Source: Spirochaetaceae bacterium (GTDB taxonomy: Bacteria; Spirochaetota; Spirochaetia; Treponematales; Breznakiellaceae). From it: a DNA stretch of 64,000 bases. Location: contig JAITCP010000157.1 in assembly GCA_031283025.1 (NCBI GenBank), positions 3,175-67,174 of the forward strand. Direction: 5' to 3'. The notes beneath the pieces were generated by a model. The model did no database searches and had not been told where the DNA came from. It saw only the letters and a program-made list of their open reading frames with translations. Both the position numbers and the translations under genes were made by a program. Each line of letters starts with the position of its first letter. The first letter of the stretch is position 1. This document shows, one piece after another, positions 7,477 to 16,491 of this stretch.

Positions 7477-7818
7477 ATGGTTTTCAAGGATAACCTGAAA
7501 TCAGAACTTTCCTATAAAAATGTAATGGTCAAGGAACTTGCGGCAGTAACGGGGATAAGCAAAAAGACGCTTGATAATTACCTTAACGTCCGGGGGAATA
7601 TGCCCTCCGCCGATGTTGCAGTCAAAATCGCCCAGGCATTGGGGGTTACGGTGGAATACCTCGTAACGGGCGAGGAAATAACCCCTGCCAGACTGTCTCA
7701 AGGCCCCGAAATTAAGGAATTAATACAGGATTTTAAGCAGTTAAACGGGGAAGACCGGCAATTGATCAAGGACATACTACAATTACTTAAGGCCAAAGAG
7801 AAAAAGAATACCCAGTAA
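7477..7818 (+). CDS. XRE-family helix-turn-helix transcriptional regulator
   Basis: ORF track 113 aa. HTH_3-type: YKNVMVKELAAVTGISKKTLDNYLNVRGNMPSADVAVKIAQALGVTVEYLVTGEE. No Shine-Dalgarno is visible, and TATTAT lies 4 nt upstream of the ATG, so the mRNA may be leaderless. Confidence 0.85.
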   Translation: MVFKDNLKSELSYKNVMVKELAAVTGISKKTLDNYLNVRGNMPSADVAVKIAQALGVTVEYLVTGEEITPARLSQGPEIKELIQDFKQLNGEDRQLIKDILQLLKAKEKKNTQ

Positions 7819-7874
7819 CAGGTACGCCGCGTTCTTCCGGTTAATGCCCCTTGCGCTGAAAATTTATTGGTTTT

Positions 7875-8261
7875 ATGCGAAACTTTATGTACGTTATGGA
7901 ACAGACTTACGGAGAACGGCTGGCGGCCGCATTGAAACTCAGGAAATTAAAACAGGCGGATTTAGCCAAACAACTCAAAATCGCTCAAACCGCTGTTTCC
8001 AAAATCATCAACGGAGCCCAATATCTTGATTTTGATTTAGCGGTAAAAGCCTGTGAAATTCTGGAAATTTCCCTGAATTGGCTGGCCTATGGTACAGACA
8101 AGGAGCCCAAACAGCCATATTATCGTGATCCTGAAAGACAACGGATTGAATATCTAATGTCCATAATGGAAAAAGCGGAATACCCTCTGGTTATTGTGGC
8201 CATGGAAGAAATAATTGAGATAAGATTTAAGGATTCCGCGGCAAAAACCGGTAATCGTTAG
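7875..8261 (+). CDS. XRE-family helix-turn-helix transcriptional regulator (second copy)
   Basis: ORF track 128 aa: YGERLAAALKLRKLKQADLAKQLKIAQTAVSKIINGAQYLDFDLAVKACEILEISLNWLAYG. Start is ambiguous (ATG at 7875, 7887 or 7896; 7896 gives a typical XRE N-terminus). Confidence 0.8.
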   Translation: MRNFMYVMEQTYGERLAAALKLRKLKQADLAKQLKIAQTAVSKIINGAQYLDFDLAVKACEILEISLNWLAYGTDKEPKQPYYRDPERQRIEYLMSIMEKAEYPLVIVAMEEIIEIRFKDSAAKTGNR

Positions 8262-9244
8262 CGCAGTACCGTCCGGGGGTTAATGGAAGAACCGTTCTTG
8301 TATACCGTAAAATGGAGGTGTGGGCCGGTACTCTGCCCGGTGCTGCCCACATACCCGATGATATCATCTGTAGTTACATAGGTTCCGCCTCTGGTGGCGA
8401 AAGACTCCATGTGGCCGTAAAGGGTACGGTAACCGCCGGAGTGGTTAATGAGCACAAAATTACCGTATACATTGTCATAGCCTACAGAAATAACCTGCCC
8501 GGCCATTGCGGCTTTTATGGGAGTTCCGGTTGTCGCAGCTATATCCAGCCCGTCATGGAGAGAGCGGCCTCCGGAAATGGGATTACGGCGATAGCCGTAA
8601 TAAGAGGTAATTCGCCCTTGAACCGGCCATACCATGATATAATTGCTAACTACGCTGCCGCCGTTGCTGCTGCTGCTAACTACCCGTTCTTCCTCCCATG
8701 CGATAGTTGCACCCGGAATGAAAAGATTGGTATTGGGATTAATATTGTCTGAAAAAAGTTCGTTGGCTACCCGAATTTCGACAATCTCTGCCTTATGTTT
8801 TGTCGCAATTCCGCTGAGGGTATCCCCTTTTTTTACAACATAGAACACCCCATCCTGATTGGGTACCCGAAGCACCTTGCCTATTTGCAAAGTTCTGCTG
8901 TTTTTTATGTTGTTTACTGCCATTAAGGTGCTGGTAGAAAGCCCGAATTGTTGGGCTACACCCCCCGGTACATCGCCTTCTTTAACCGTGTAAGAAGAAA
9001 AGAGCAGCATCTTGGGCTGGTTTAACTCTTTTGGTTCGGACAATCCTTCAGTTTCCAGAGAAACAAGCTCAACCGGAACATCCCTGTCCGGGCCGCCGAT
9101 ACCTTCTTCAGAGATAATTTCCGGGGCAGGGACACTCTTTCCCTGTCCTACAAGCAAGAAAAATACCAATATTATTCCTGCCGTGCCCATGACAACCTTT
9201 ACCGCCCTCATGGTAATAGCAAATCTTTTAAAAAGAATCAACAT
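8258..9244 (-). CDS. LysM (x2) plus M23 family peptidoglycan metalloendopeptidase
   Basis: ORF track 328 aa. LysM: YTVKEGDVPGGVAQQFGLSTSTLMAVNNI...LRVP and YVVKKGDTLSGIATKHKAEIVEI. M23: HDGLDIAATTGTPIKAAMAGQV...GYVGSTGQSTGPHLHF. Confidence 0.9.
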   Translation of the reverse strand: MLILFKRFAITMRAVKVVMGTAGIILVFFLLVGQGKSVPAPEIISEEGIGGPDRDVPVELVSLETEGLSEPKELNQPKMLLFSSYTVKEGDVPGGVAQQFGLSTSTLMAVNNIKNSRTLQIGKVLRVPNQDGVFYVVKKGDTLSGIATKHKAEIVEIRVANELFSDNINPNTNLFIPGATIAWEEERVVSSSSNGGSVVSNYIMVWPVQGRITSYYGYRRNPISGGRSLHDGLDIAATTGTPIKAAMAGQVISVGYDNVYGNFVLINHSGGYRTLYGHMESFATRGGTYVTTDDIIGYVGSTGQSTGPHLHFTVYKNGSSINPRTVLR

Positions 9245-9375
9245 TTTATTCCTGTTTGGGCATAAAACATACCCTTCGTATTATTTCGGCACATTATACT
9301 ATAAACTATAACATATACATTGTACCACATCTTAATTTGTTTGGGAAGCCCCCTGCGTACATTTTACAGCTATTT

Positions 9376-9912
9376 TTACCGGTTTTCAAACAAATTCAAC
9401 ATATCCCGGATTTCTGCCGCCCTTTCATAGTTTTCCATGGCGATTACTTCGTCCAATTCCGCTTTTAGCAGCCTTTTTTGGGTTTCCTGGTCTGCCTGAA
9501 CCGATCCGGTCAGGTCTTCTGCCAGTATGCCCACTTCATTTACCACCTTTTCAGCAATATATATCGGACATTTGCATCGAACCGCTAAAGCCAGGGCGTC
9601 GGAAGGCCGGGAATCCAGCGTTAAGCGCCCTCCTGCGGGTTTGGAAAATACCATCCGCCCATAAAATGTATTATCTTTTAGTTCTGTTATTTCTACACAG
9701 ATAAGTTTGAAGTCCGCTGTTTTGGTCAGATTGTGGAGTAAATCTATCGTTAATGGCCGGGATACAGTAACTCCGCCAAAACCAATAAGTATGGCATGGG
9801 CCTCCGCTTGGCCTATAAAGACGGGCACCGAAAATTCTGATTCCAGGGGCTTTATTAGCACTACATACCCGTCTCCCGTTTCTGCTATACCCCAGATTTC
9901 TGCTTCTAACAT
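9376..9912 (-). CDS. Bifunctional nuclease (DUF151/BFN) with C-terminal UVR motif
   Basis: ORF track 178 aa: PVFIGQAEAHAILIGFGGVTVSRPLTIDLLHNL...LDSRPSDALALAVRCKCPIYI. C-terminal UVR-like: LKAELDEVIAMENYERAAEIRDML. Start overlaps the upstream stop by 1 nt. Confidence 0.85.
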   Translation of the reverse strand: MLEAEIWGIAETGDGYVVLIKPLESEFSVPVFIGQAEAHAILIGFGGVTVSRPLTIDLLHNLTKTADFKLICVEITELKDNTFYGRMVFSKPAGGRLTLDSRPSDALALAVRCKCPIYIAEKVVNEVGILAEDLTGSVQADQETQKRLLKAELDEVIAMENYERAAEIRDMLNLFENR

Positions 9913-10988
9913 TACAATAACCGCTCCGTTAATCCCGTAAGGAGTTTTTTTGCGCCGGCGTTTTCCGCCGGAAGTTCGGAAAAAAATGCTCCTGCCTGGT
10001 TTATTAAGGCTTTTCCCTGCCTTTCCGCTTCTGCTAAAATGCCAGCTTCTTCCAGCGCTCCGGCTAATGCTTCCACTTCCGGAACAGTTGCCCCCCCCGC
10101 TTTGGCGGCCATGAAACAGCGAGAGACAAATTCCGCCCGTTGAATCCGCTTTACTCCGGCATCCGGGCCTGTGCCGCTTCCATGCAAAAACAGAAGCACC
10201 GGCAGGCTTTTCTTCCCCTCAACCACATCATCTCCACGCGTTTTCCCCGGAATTCCGGTACTTAAGTTTTTCACGTCGTCAAGGATTTGAAAGCCCACTC
10301 CAAGTTTTTGGGCTGCTTCACCAAGGGATGCGGTAAGGCTCTCGTCAGGAATTGTGTTTTGAACGGCTCCGGCAATTTCTGCTCCCAGAAGAGCGGCAAA
10401 CCGTGCAAGACAGCCCGTTTTGAGGCCGCACATAAGCATATAATCTTCCAGGGAAGGAGTAAAGGCCGGATCCCGGTGCCAGGCAATATCCATGGATTGT
10501 CCCAAGTGGAGTAAGCGTAAATGAGCAGCGTAGAGTTTCCAGATACGAATTTGTGCCTGGGGTTCACCGTTCCAATTTTCCAAATCCATAAAGGGCAAGA
10601 AGTAAAGAAAAGAACCTGAGTTGATCGCCGTGTCGTTTCCGTACAGTAGGTGGATTGCCGCCTTACCCCGCCGCTCGGTGGACTCGTCTTCAAGATCGTC
10701 ATGAATTAAACTTGCATTATGAGGAAATTCTACCAATCCTAGCAAGGGTATCGCCGCATCACCACCGCCCAGAGCCTGGCAAATCAAGTGGGCCAACAGA
10801 GGCCGCCAGCGTTTTCCTCCACGACTAAAAAGGTCAAGCCCCGGCTCCAGCAGTTCCCTGGCGAGTTCCGGCCTTGGGCTAATGTTTGGAAACATTTTAA
10901 CCCACCAGGAAGCATCAGGGGTTTGTGGAAGCGTTTTATTAAGGGAGGCTTCTATTTTTTGGAGCTCTGTGGTATACTCCCTATCCAT
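9912..10988 (-). CDS. Polyprenyl diphosphate synthase (trans-isoprenyl diphosphate synthase family)
   Basis: ORF track 358 aa. First Asp-rich motif LIHDDLEDES and second motif FQILDDVKN, with KRWRP upstream. Confidence 0.9.
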   Translation of the reverse strand: MDREYTTELQKIEASLNKTLPQTPDASWWVKMFPNISPRPELARELLEPGLDLFSRGGKRWRPLLAHLICQALGGGDAAIPLLGLVEFPHNASLIHDDLEDESTERRGKAAIHLLYGNDTAINSGSFLYFLPFMDLENWNGEPQAQIRIWKLYAAHLRLLHLGQSMDIAWHRDPAFTPSLEDYMLMCGLKTGCLARFAALLGAEIAGAVQNTIPDESLTASLGEAAQKLGVGFQILDDVKNLSTGIPGKTRGDDVVEGKKSLPVLLFLHGSGTGPDAGVKRIQRAEFVSRCFMAAKAGGATVPEVEALAGALEEAGILAEAERQGKALINQAGAFFSELPAENAGAKKLLTGLTERLL

Positions 10989-11002
10989 AAATTAAATGTA
11001 TC

Positions 11003-11698
11003 ATGGCATCTTATGAAAAGCCAGATTTTTGGGCGCTTAAAGCTCAAAAAGAAGGGTATCCTGCCCGTTCGGTTTACAAACTCAAGGAAATCGATGACAA
11101 GTATCATCTTTTTAAACCGGGAACAAGCCGGCTTGTTCCAGGCTTGCCTGAGCCGGGTATACGGATTTTAGAGTTGGGCGCTGCTCCGGGAAGCTGGAGC
11201 CTCTATGTGCTGCGCTTGTACGCAAAAACCGGAAAACCAGCCGCTTTGCCCGGGGGCAGGTCTGGTTCCGCAGAAAATGCTATCTTACTGGCGGCGGCGG
11301 ATTTACTTCCCCTTTCCCGGCGTTTTGACGGCGGTCTCTTTGACCGGAAGGATTTTTTCTTTATTCAGGGCGATTTTACGGAGAGTGCGGTAAAGGGCGA
11401 ACTTACCCGCCGGGGGCCCTATACAACGATTATCAGTGATGCTGCTCCCGCAACAACCGGCATCCGGACCGTAGACACCCTGCGCTCGCTGGCCCTGGCG
11501 GAGGAAGTTGTTTTGTCCTATGCGGAAAAAAGCCTTGCGCCCGGTGGGAATTTGGCGCTCAAGGTTTTTCAGGGGGCGGACACCGCTGCCCTGCTCAAAC
11601 GGCTAAGGGAGCAATTTAATAACGTAAAAAGTTTTAAACCTGTCGCCTGCCGCAGTGATTCCTTTGAAACGTATTATATCGGGCTTGGAAAAAGGTAA
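11003..11698 (+). CDS. rlmE: 23S rRNA (uridine-2'-O)-methyltransferase RlmE/FtsJ
   Basis: ORF track 231 aa: ARSVYKLKEIDDKYHLFKPG..ILELGAAPGSWSLYV...FIQGDF...IISDAAPATTGIRTVD...LKVFQG. Has an Ala/Gly-rich insertion after the SAM motif. Confidence 0.85.
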   Translation: MASYEKPDFWALKAQKEGYPARSVYKLKEIDDKYHLFKPGTSRLVPGLPEPGIRILELGAAPGSWSLYVLRLYAKTGKPAALPGGRSGSAENAILLAAADLLPLSRRFDGGLFDRKDFFFIQGDFTESAVKGELTRRGPYTTIISDAAPATTGIRTVDTLRSLALAEEVVLSYAEKSLAPGGNLALKVFQGADTAALLKRLREQFNNVKSFKPVACRSDSFETYYIGLGKR

Positions 11699-11740
11699 TA
11701 GGAAGTTATTTGAAAACTGAAATTTCAAAATAACTCTAAT
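11698..11740. repeat. AAAAC-loop-GTTTT hairpin element, subtype 1
   Basis: ataggaagttatttgaaaac tgaa atttcaaaataactctaat. Begins within the rlmE stop codon. Confidence 0.8.
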
Positions 11741-11827
11741 ATGTACACCGATGTAAAAAACGGTTATACTTTATGATAGACAGGATTATAAAAGACTATT
11801 TTTAAAAAGTCGATTATGGAGGTTTTT

Positions 11828-12541
11828 ATGTGTAAATTGTTTTTTTCCGGGAATATGCGAAGAATTTATACGTTGGGAATTTTTTTGATCTGCGGGCTGC
11901 TGTTAATCAGCGCGGATGATTGTGAAAGTATGTATTTGGAAGAATTGCAGATGTCCCAAGCTCAGGCTGGTTATGGGCAAGGTTCCACCGCCCCAACGGT
12001 TTCTGCAACACCAGTGGTTGCCGCCGCACCGGCTGCCATCGAACCAGCCGCCGCCGATACATCGGCGGCTTCCACCGCCCAGCAATCCAATCAAGGCGGG
12101 GCCGATTCCGCCACTGTTGCTGCCCCAGAGGCTCCTTCAGCAAGTACCGGAGCGGATTTTCTTAAAACGATTATTGGCAAAGAATGGAAACTTGTGGAAC
12201 TACGCCTTTCAGGTAAGAGCCTTTTTCTTGACAGAAACAAGCTAAACTCCGAAGGGGCAGGTGATTATTTTACCATGACGATAGATAATTCCAGGTTAAG
12301 CGGAAGAGCGGCGCCTAACCGGTATACCACGGCGTATCAGGCTGGTTCCAATAATTCTTTGACTCTGCTGCCCGTTGTAACAACCTTAATGGCGACAAGT
12401 CATGATCCGGAACGTCTTCAGGAGCGGGAGTATTATCAGTACCTTGCAGGGGTAAATAGCTGGAAATCGAACCAGAAAACACTGGAACTTTATACCACCG
12501 ATGCCAATAAAAAGGAAGCGGTTCTGGTTTATAGTAACTGA
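11828..12541 (+). CDS. META (HslJ-like) domain secreted protein
   Basis: ORF-track ORF 11816..12541. ATG 11828 follows GGAGG. N-terminal hydrophobic segment RRIYTLGIFLICGLLLISADDC, then an Ala/Pro/Ser-rich linker. META-like: GKEWKLVELRLSGKSLFLDRN...FTMTIDNSRLSGRAAPNRYTTAYQAG..NSLTLLPVVTTLMA. Confidence 0.75.
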   Translation: MCKLFFSGNMRRIYTLGIFLICGLLLISADDCESMYLEELQMSQAQAGYGQGSTAPTVSATPVVAAAPAAIEPAAADTSAASTAQQSNQGGADSATVAAPEAPSASTGADFLKTIIGKEWKLVELRLSGKSLFLDRNKLNSEGAGDYFTMTIDNSRLSGRAAPNRYTTAYQAGSNNSLTLLPVVTTLMATSHDPERLQEREYYQYLAGVNSWKSNQKTLELYTTDANKKEAVLVYSN

Positions 12542-12546
12542 GCCAT

Positions 12547-12571
12547 TTCCAAAACCCGGTTGGTTTTGGAA
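12547..12571. repeat. AAAAC-type hairpin element, subtype 3 (CGGTT loop)
   Basis: ttccaaaacc cggtt ggttttggaa. Lies between the convergent META gene and the Rpn gene. Confidence 0.8.
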
Positions 12572-12599
12572 CAGCATCAACTGAGCATACAGAAAGGTT

Positions 12600-13640
12600 T
12601 CACGTGAAACATTTATAACTAATAATGGTTTGAATATCAAGCCCCGTGATTTTTTGTACGAACTCAGGCGAGGCCCCCTGTACAAGTGCATTACGCGCTA
12701 CTTTTTCCAAGCCTCTGGCTTCACCTCTGGCTTCAGCCTTGGCGGCTAATCCGGTCTCTTCCATAAATCTTTCAAACGTATCGTTCATTTTTATAGCCTC
12801 CTTTGCAACAGCAAAATTCGCTGTTAGTATCGTATATAAATACGCCGCTAACCGCGCCGCTTTTCCTTGTTTGTCTATTTCATTGCTTACCCGATCAATC
12901 GTAAACCTGTTATGTTCGTTGTTCAGGTTTTTTAGCCACAGGTTTTCTTCCGCAGGCAATTTACGGCTGTTAATCACCTGTATCGGCAGTATATCCCCGC
13001 TTACAGTATATATCCCAGGGCTGGTTTCCGCAACCTTGTATCTGCGCTCATTCTTCAGATGGCTGAGCAGCTTTTGGGGGTAATGGTTTTCCACAAAAGA
13101 TACCGTCAAACTGGTAATGGGAATATTGTTAAACGAAGCGTACAGGCAGGCATAGGCGTAAACTTTGTAAAAATCGTCTACCGATACATAATCATCAGGG
13201 CTTTTATATTCCAGCAAATTCCACTCCCGGAATATGACGGCGATGTTCTTTTTGATAACGACATTTTTCGCCTTTTTAATTACCACGCAGTCTATCCGTA
13301 AAGGTTCGGAAGTAAGCTGGAATTCCGGATGGAATTCCAGCACATCCTCATAATCCTGGAGTTCCATTTGCAGTGCTTCTACAAAAGCGGGATGCCAGGG
13401 TATATGCGGGGGCTCAGTATCAAGCGGATTCAGTTCCACAATGGGTACTCCTTTAGGGCTGTCAATTTCTATTTTTGGGCCTGCCCTTCCTATAAGGCAA
13501 AGCCGCGTATGGCGCTTGTATAATTTGTAAAAAGATTGAATTTTTTCAGGTAAAAACCGCATTACCTCCGGCTTATAGCCCGCCATGCTTGTTTCTTCTA
13601 TAATTACCCCCACAAACGCTTTGGTTCCCTTGCCTGTCAT
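12600..13640 (-). CDS. Rpn-family recombination-promoting nuclease / PD-(D/E)XK 'putative transposase'
   Basis: ORF track 346 aa. Core: LLEYKSPDDYVSVDDFYKVYAYACLY. C-terminal tail typical of this family: EARGEARGLEKVARNALVQGASPEFVQKITGLDIQTI. Confidence 0.8.
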   Translation of the reverse strand: MTGKGTKAFVGVIIEETSMAGYKPEVMRFLPEKIQSFYKLYKRHTRLCLIGRAGPKIEIDSPKGVPIVELNPLDTEPPHIPWHPAFVEALQMELQDYEDVLEFHPEFQLTSEPLRIDCVVIKKAKNVVIKKNIAVIFREWNLLEYKSPDDYVSVDDFYKVYAYACLYASFNNIPITSLTVSFVENHYPQKLLSHLKNERRYKVAETSPGIYTVSGDILPIQVINSRKLPAEENLWLKNLNNEHNRFTIDRVSNEIDKQGKAARLAAYLYTILTANFAVAKEAIKMNDTFERFMEETGLAAKAEARGEARGLEKVARNALVQGASPEFVQKITGLDIQTIISYKCFT

Positions 13641-13866
13641 TTATCACAGCGGCTGCCGGGTGTTTACGCTGCTTTTTACCTTGTTGGGCTACTTTTACGT
13701 CGATTCAATACCTAATTCACTGTTTTATGTATTTTTCTAACTCTCCAAGGGGCAAATACTTTCTATAACTTCTAGGCGTTCTTTGCTAGGAGAGCCACGC
13801 GTTGCGTGTGAATGAATTTAGGAACTGCCAGAGACAGTCTTCTTTGAAATTATTGGAGGGATAAAG

Positions 13867-16479
13867 ATGAAAAAAGCTATTTATTCGATTTTAGCGCTGC
13901 TTACTATAATAGGTATGGTAAGCTGCGGTGGCGGAAGCACCACTACCGACCCGGGACCTGGGCCAGGACCCGGGGGGGAAAAGGTTACGATCACCTTCGA
14001 TGCAAACCTTGGCGACCTTGAGCACCCTGATCTTGAGGTTCCTGCGGCTGTAGAGATCAATAAGAACAGCTCGCTTGGCGCTAATATGCCGGGGGCGCTT
14101 GATGATGGTCCTGATGATGCCTTCTATTTTGCAGGCTGGTTTGATGCAGCGACCGGCGGTAATGTGGTTACAGCCAGTACCACTTTTAGTACCGATAAGA
14201 CAGTCTATGCGCAATGGCTTGTGCTTGGCGAGAATGATGCCCTTATTACCTTCTACCTGAATTATGTAAAAAGTGATGGGGTTATCTATGTCAGGAAAGT
14301 TGTTGAAAAGGGCGAGGCGCTTGGTGAAGATTGGCCGGCTAATCCTCCCGCTCGCACAGGTTATACCTTTGAGAACTGGAATGAAAATGACCTTGGATCG
14401 GGCAATATTTATACAAATGCCACTGTTTTCAACGCAGATGCGTCTGTCTATGCCTACTGGCTTGAAACAAGCGGCGGCGGAGAAGAAGAACTACCCGAAA
14501 ACTGGGCGCAACTTATTGCCGGTTCGGAAAAAGTTACCCTGGAAAATGGTAGTTATGTAGTCTACAAGTTCACGCTTCCCGAAGGTAAGGTGTGGAGTGA
14601 TTATGCCAGTGCAACCGCCGAGTACCTTGTTACTCAGAAAACATTTGATGAACGAAATGCCCGCGGCGTAAGAATGATGGGAAATTATTTCCCCTTTGAC
14701 TTTACCCTTGTCGAATATGAACCCTATCCCAAGGCGAATGCTCCTGGCACAAATACCAGTCCTGGCGGCCTTTATATGTTTGACAACAATGGCGACTTGG
14801 GTGGCGGAGGAGGTTCGTTTGCCGATGCTACTAATAGTAAACTGGCCGGATTGGCGCCGTTTGAGTGGTACAAATATACCTATAGGATCGACGGGAATAC
14901 CTCTCCTCATGCTGGTTATGAAAAAGACGGCATTCAAGCCCCGAAAAATAACGAAACCAAACTTTTCATGTTTGGTATTGGTATTTCCGGGCAAAACAAT
15001 GATCAAAACGGAACCGTTTCTTACATTAAGAACGTTACGCTTGTTGGCAACCCCACCGTGGATCCCGTAATTGGAACCCCGGTCTATATTCAGTTCGATG
15101 CAGACGGAGATGCGTATCCCGCGTTTGTCGGTTACACCAGTACCGATGGTCAATATGGTGTTAGAGCAACGAAACGTGAAATGGTTGACAGCGATACCAT
15201 TGATCCGAGTTGGATAGTCCCTGTTCCGGATGTAACGGTTACATTTGATCTTAACTACACTGGTGCCGCTACCCCAACCACTAAGTCCTTTAAACAGGGC
15301 GGAACCTTGTCCGATGCTGACTTGGCGGAACCCACAACAAAACCGTCTGGTTTTGTATTTATGGGCTGGTTCGACGAGAAGGAAGAAGACAGCGGAAATC
15401 AGATAACGACGAGCACCAAATTCCTTACCAGCAAAACTATTTATGCGCAATGGTTAGATCCTGCATCCGTAGCGGAAGTTTCCTATGTCTATAACTATGC
15501 GGGCGGACCTGAAACTCTTAAAAATAATATCAGGAAAGGCCGTGTAGACGCTAATTTCCCCGATGATCCATCGCGGGCGCCTGATTATTACGACTTTGTT
15601 GGCTGGAACACCAGAGCGGACGGCAAAGGCTTCACTTATACCAGTTCTTCGGTATTCCAAAGGGATACCACCTTGTATACGATCTGGAAAGCTAAAGTAT
15701 TGGCTCCGGCGAATTATTCAATTGATGTCTCAGGCGCCGAATTTACAGTTGACCCCGCTCCAACTACTAACTATGCGCCGATGTTCCGTATTCCGATCAC
15801 GTTCCCTGGCGGATACAGCATTTCTGCGTATGAAAAGCTTACCGTTAAGGTCAAATTCTTCAAAATAGTGGATTCTGAAGAAGTGGAAGTACCTGCTGCT
15901 TATGGTTTTGGTACGGTTGTTTTCTGCGTTGATCCTATGCTTACAACGGGCGCTGTGTATAACGGCGCGGGCAAAATCGGGGATCAGTTTAACAACCTGG
16001 GCGTTGACGGCCCTGCCGTGGACAACCCGAATGAAGGAACCGTAAACAGGCCGTTAGGAGCCGCTGTACTGGCATCCACCAATTTTGGCGGCATTGTAAT
16101 TGAACGCGGAGGCGGCGATTTTGCTACTGCCGCGATTACAAAGGTTACAATAACGGAAATTACCTTCCACACCGGGCTTGCCGGAGAAGTTGCGGCAATC
16201 AATGTTGATGAAGCCACATTCACCGACCCGCTGTTCAGCACGATCAACAACCAGACCTGGAACCTGTCCGCTGGCGATCTTAAGATCACGGTACCGACAG
16301 GGTACGATACGTATAAATGGATAGTAAATGGCTCCGTTGAGGGCAGCGGTACAAACGAACTTACCATTGGGGTAGCGTCGTATGTAGACAAAATCAATAC
16401 CAGTTTCACGGTAACGGCGATTGCCGGTAAAGGCGCAAACTCGTACAGCAAGACCATCGTTATTACGGTGAAAAGGTAG
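13867..16479 (+). CDS. Large surface lipoprotein: 4 x Listeria-Bacteroides repeat, uncharacterised beta-sandwich (CBM-like) modules, Ig-like C-terminus
   Basis: ORF track 870 aa. Lipobox MKKAIYSILALLTIIGMVSCGGGS, GGAGGG RBS. Repeats: VTITFDAN..FAGWFDAATGGN..TVYAQW; LITFYLNY..YTFENWNE..SVYAYW; VTVTFDLNY..FMGWFDE..TIYAQW; VSYVYNYAGG..FVGWNTRADGKG..TLYTIW. Confidence 0.85.
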   Translation: MKKAIYSILALLTIIGMVSCGGGSTTTDPGPGPGPGGEKVTITFDANLGDLEHPDLEVPAAVEINKNSSLGANMPGALDDGPDDAFYFAGWFDAATGGNVVTASTTFSTDKTVYAQWLVLGENDALITFYLNYVKSDGVIYVRKVVEKGEALGEDWPANPPARTGYTFENWNENDLGSGNIYTNATVFNADASVYAYWLETSGGGEEELPENWAQLIAGSEKVTLENGSYVVYKFTLPEGKVWSDYASATAEYLVTQKTFDERNARGVRMMGNYFPFDFTLVEYEPYPKANAPGTNTSPGGLYMFDNNGDLGGGGGSFADATNSKLAGLAPFEWYKYTYRIDGNTSPHAGYEKDGIQAPKNNETKLFMFGIGISGQNNDQNGTVSYIKNVTLVGNPTVDPVIGTPVYIQFDADGDAYPAFVGYTSTDGQYGVRATKREMVDSDTIDPSWIVPVPDVTVTFDLNYTGAATPTTKSFKQGGTLSDADLAEPTTKPSGFVFMGWFDEKEEDSGNQITTSTKFLTSKTIYAQWLDPASVAEVSYVYNYAGGPETLKNNIRKGRVDANFPDDPSRAPDYYDFVGWNTRADGKGFTYTSSSVFQRDTTLYTIWKAKVLAPANYSIDVSGAEFTVDPAPTTNYAPMFRIPITFPGGYSISAYEKLTVKVKFFKIVDSEEVEVPAAYGFGTVVFCVDPMLTTGAVYNGAGKIGDQFNNLGVDGPAVDNPNEGTVNRPLGAAVLASTNFGGIVIERGGGDFATAAITKVTITEITFHTGLAGEVAAINVDEATFTDPLFSTINNQTWNLSAGDLKITVPTGYDTYKWIVNGSVEGSGTNELTIGVASYVDKINTSFTVTAIAGKGANSYSKTIVITVKR

Positions 16480-16491
16480 AGGAGGAACTAG

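Noticed and set aside
14491-15450. 319-aa minus-strand ORF inside the 870-aa lipoprotein gene (similar shadow ORFs at 4387..4980, 20557..20997, 34323..34907, 46040..46717, 49327..49824)
   Set aside because: All lie antisense to, or out of frame with, ORFs that have clear domain signatures. They have no RBS and a compositionally odd translation.
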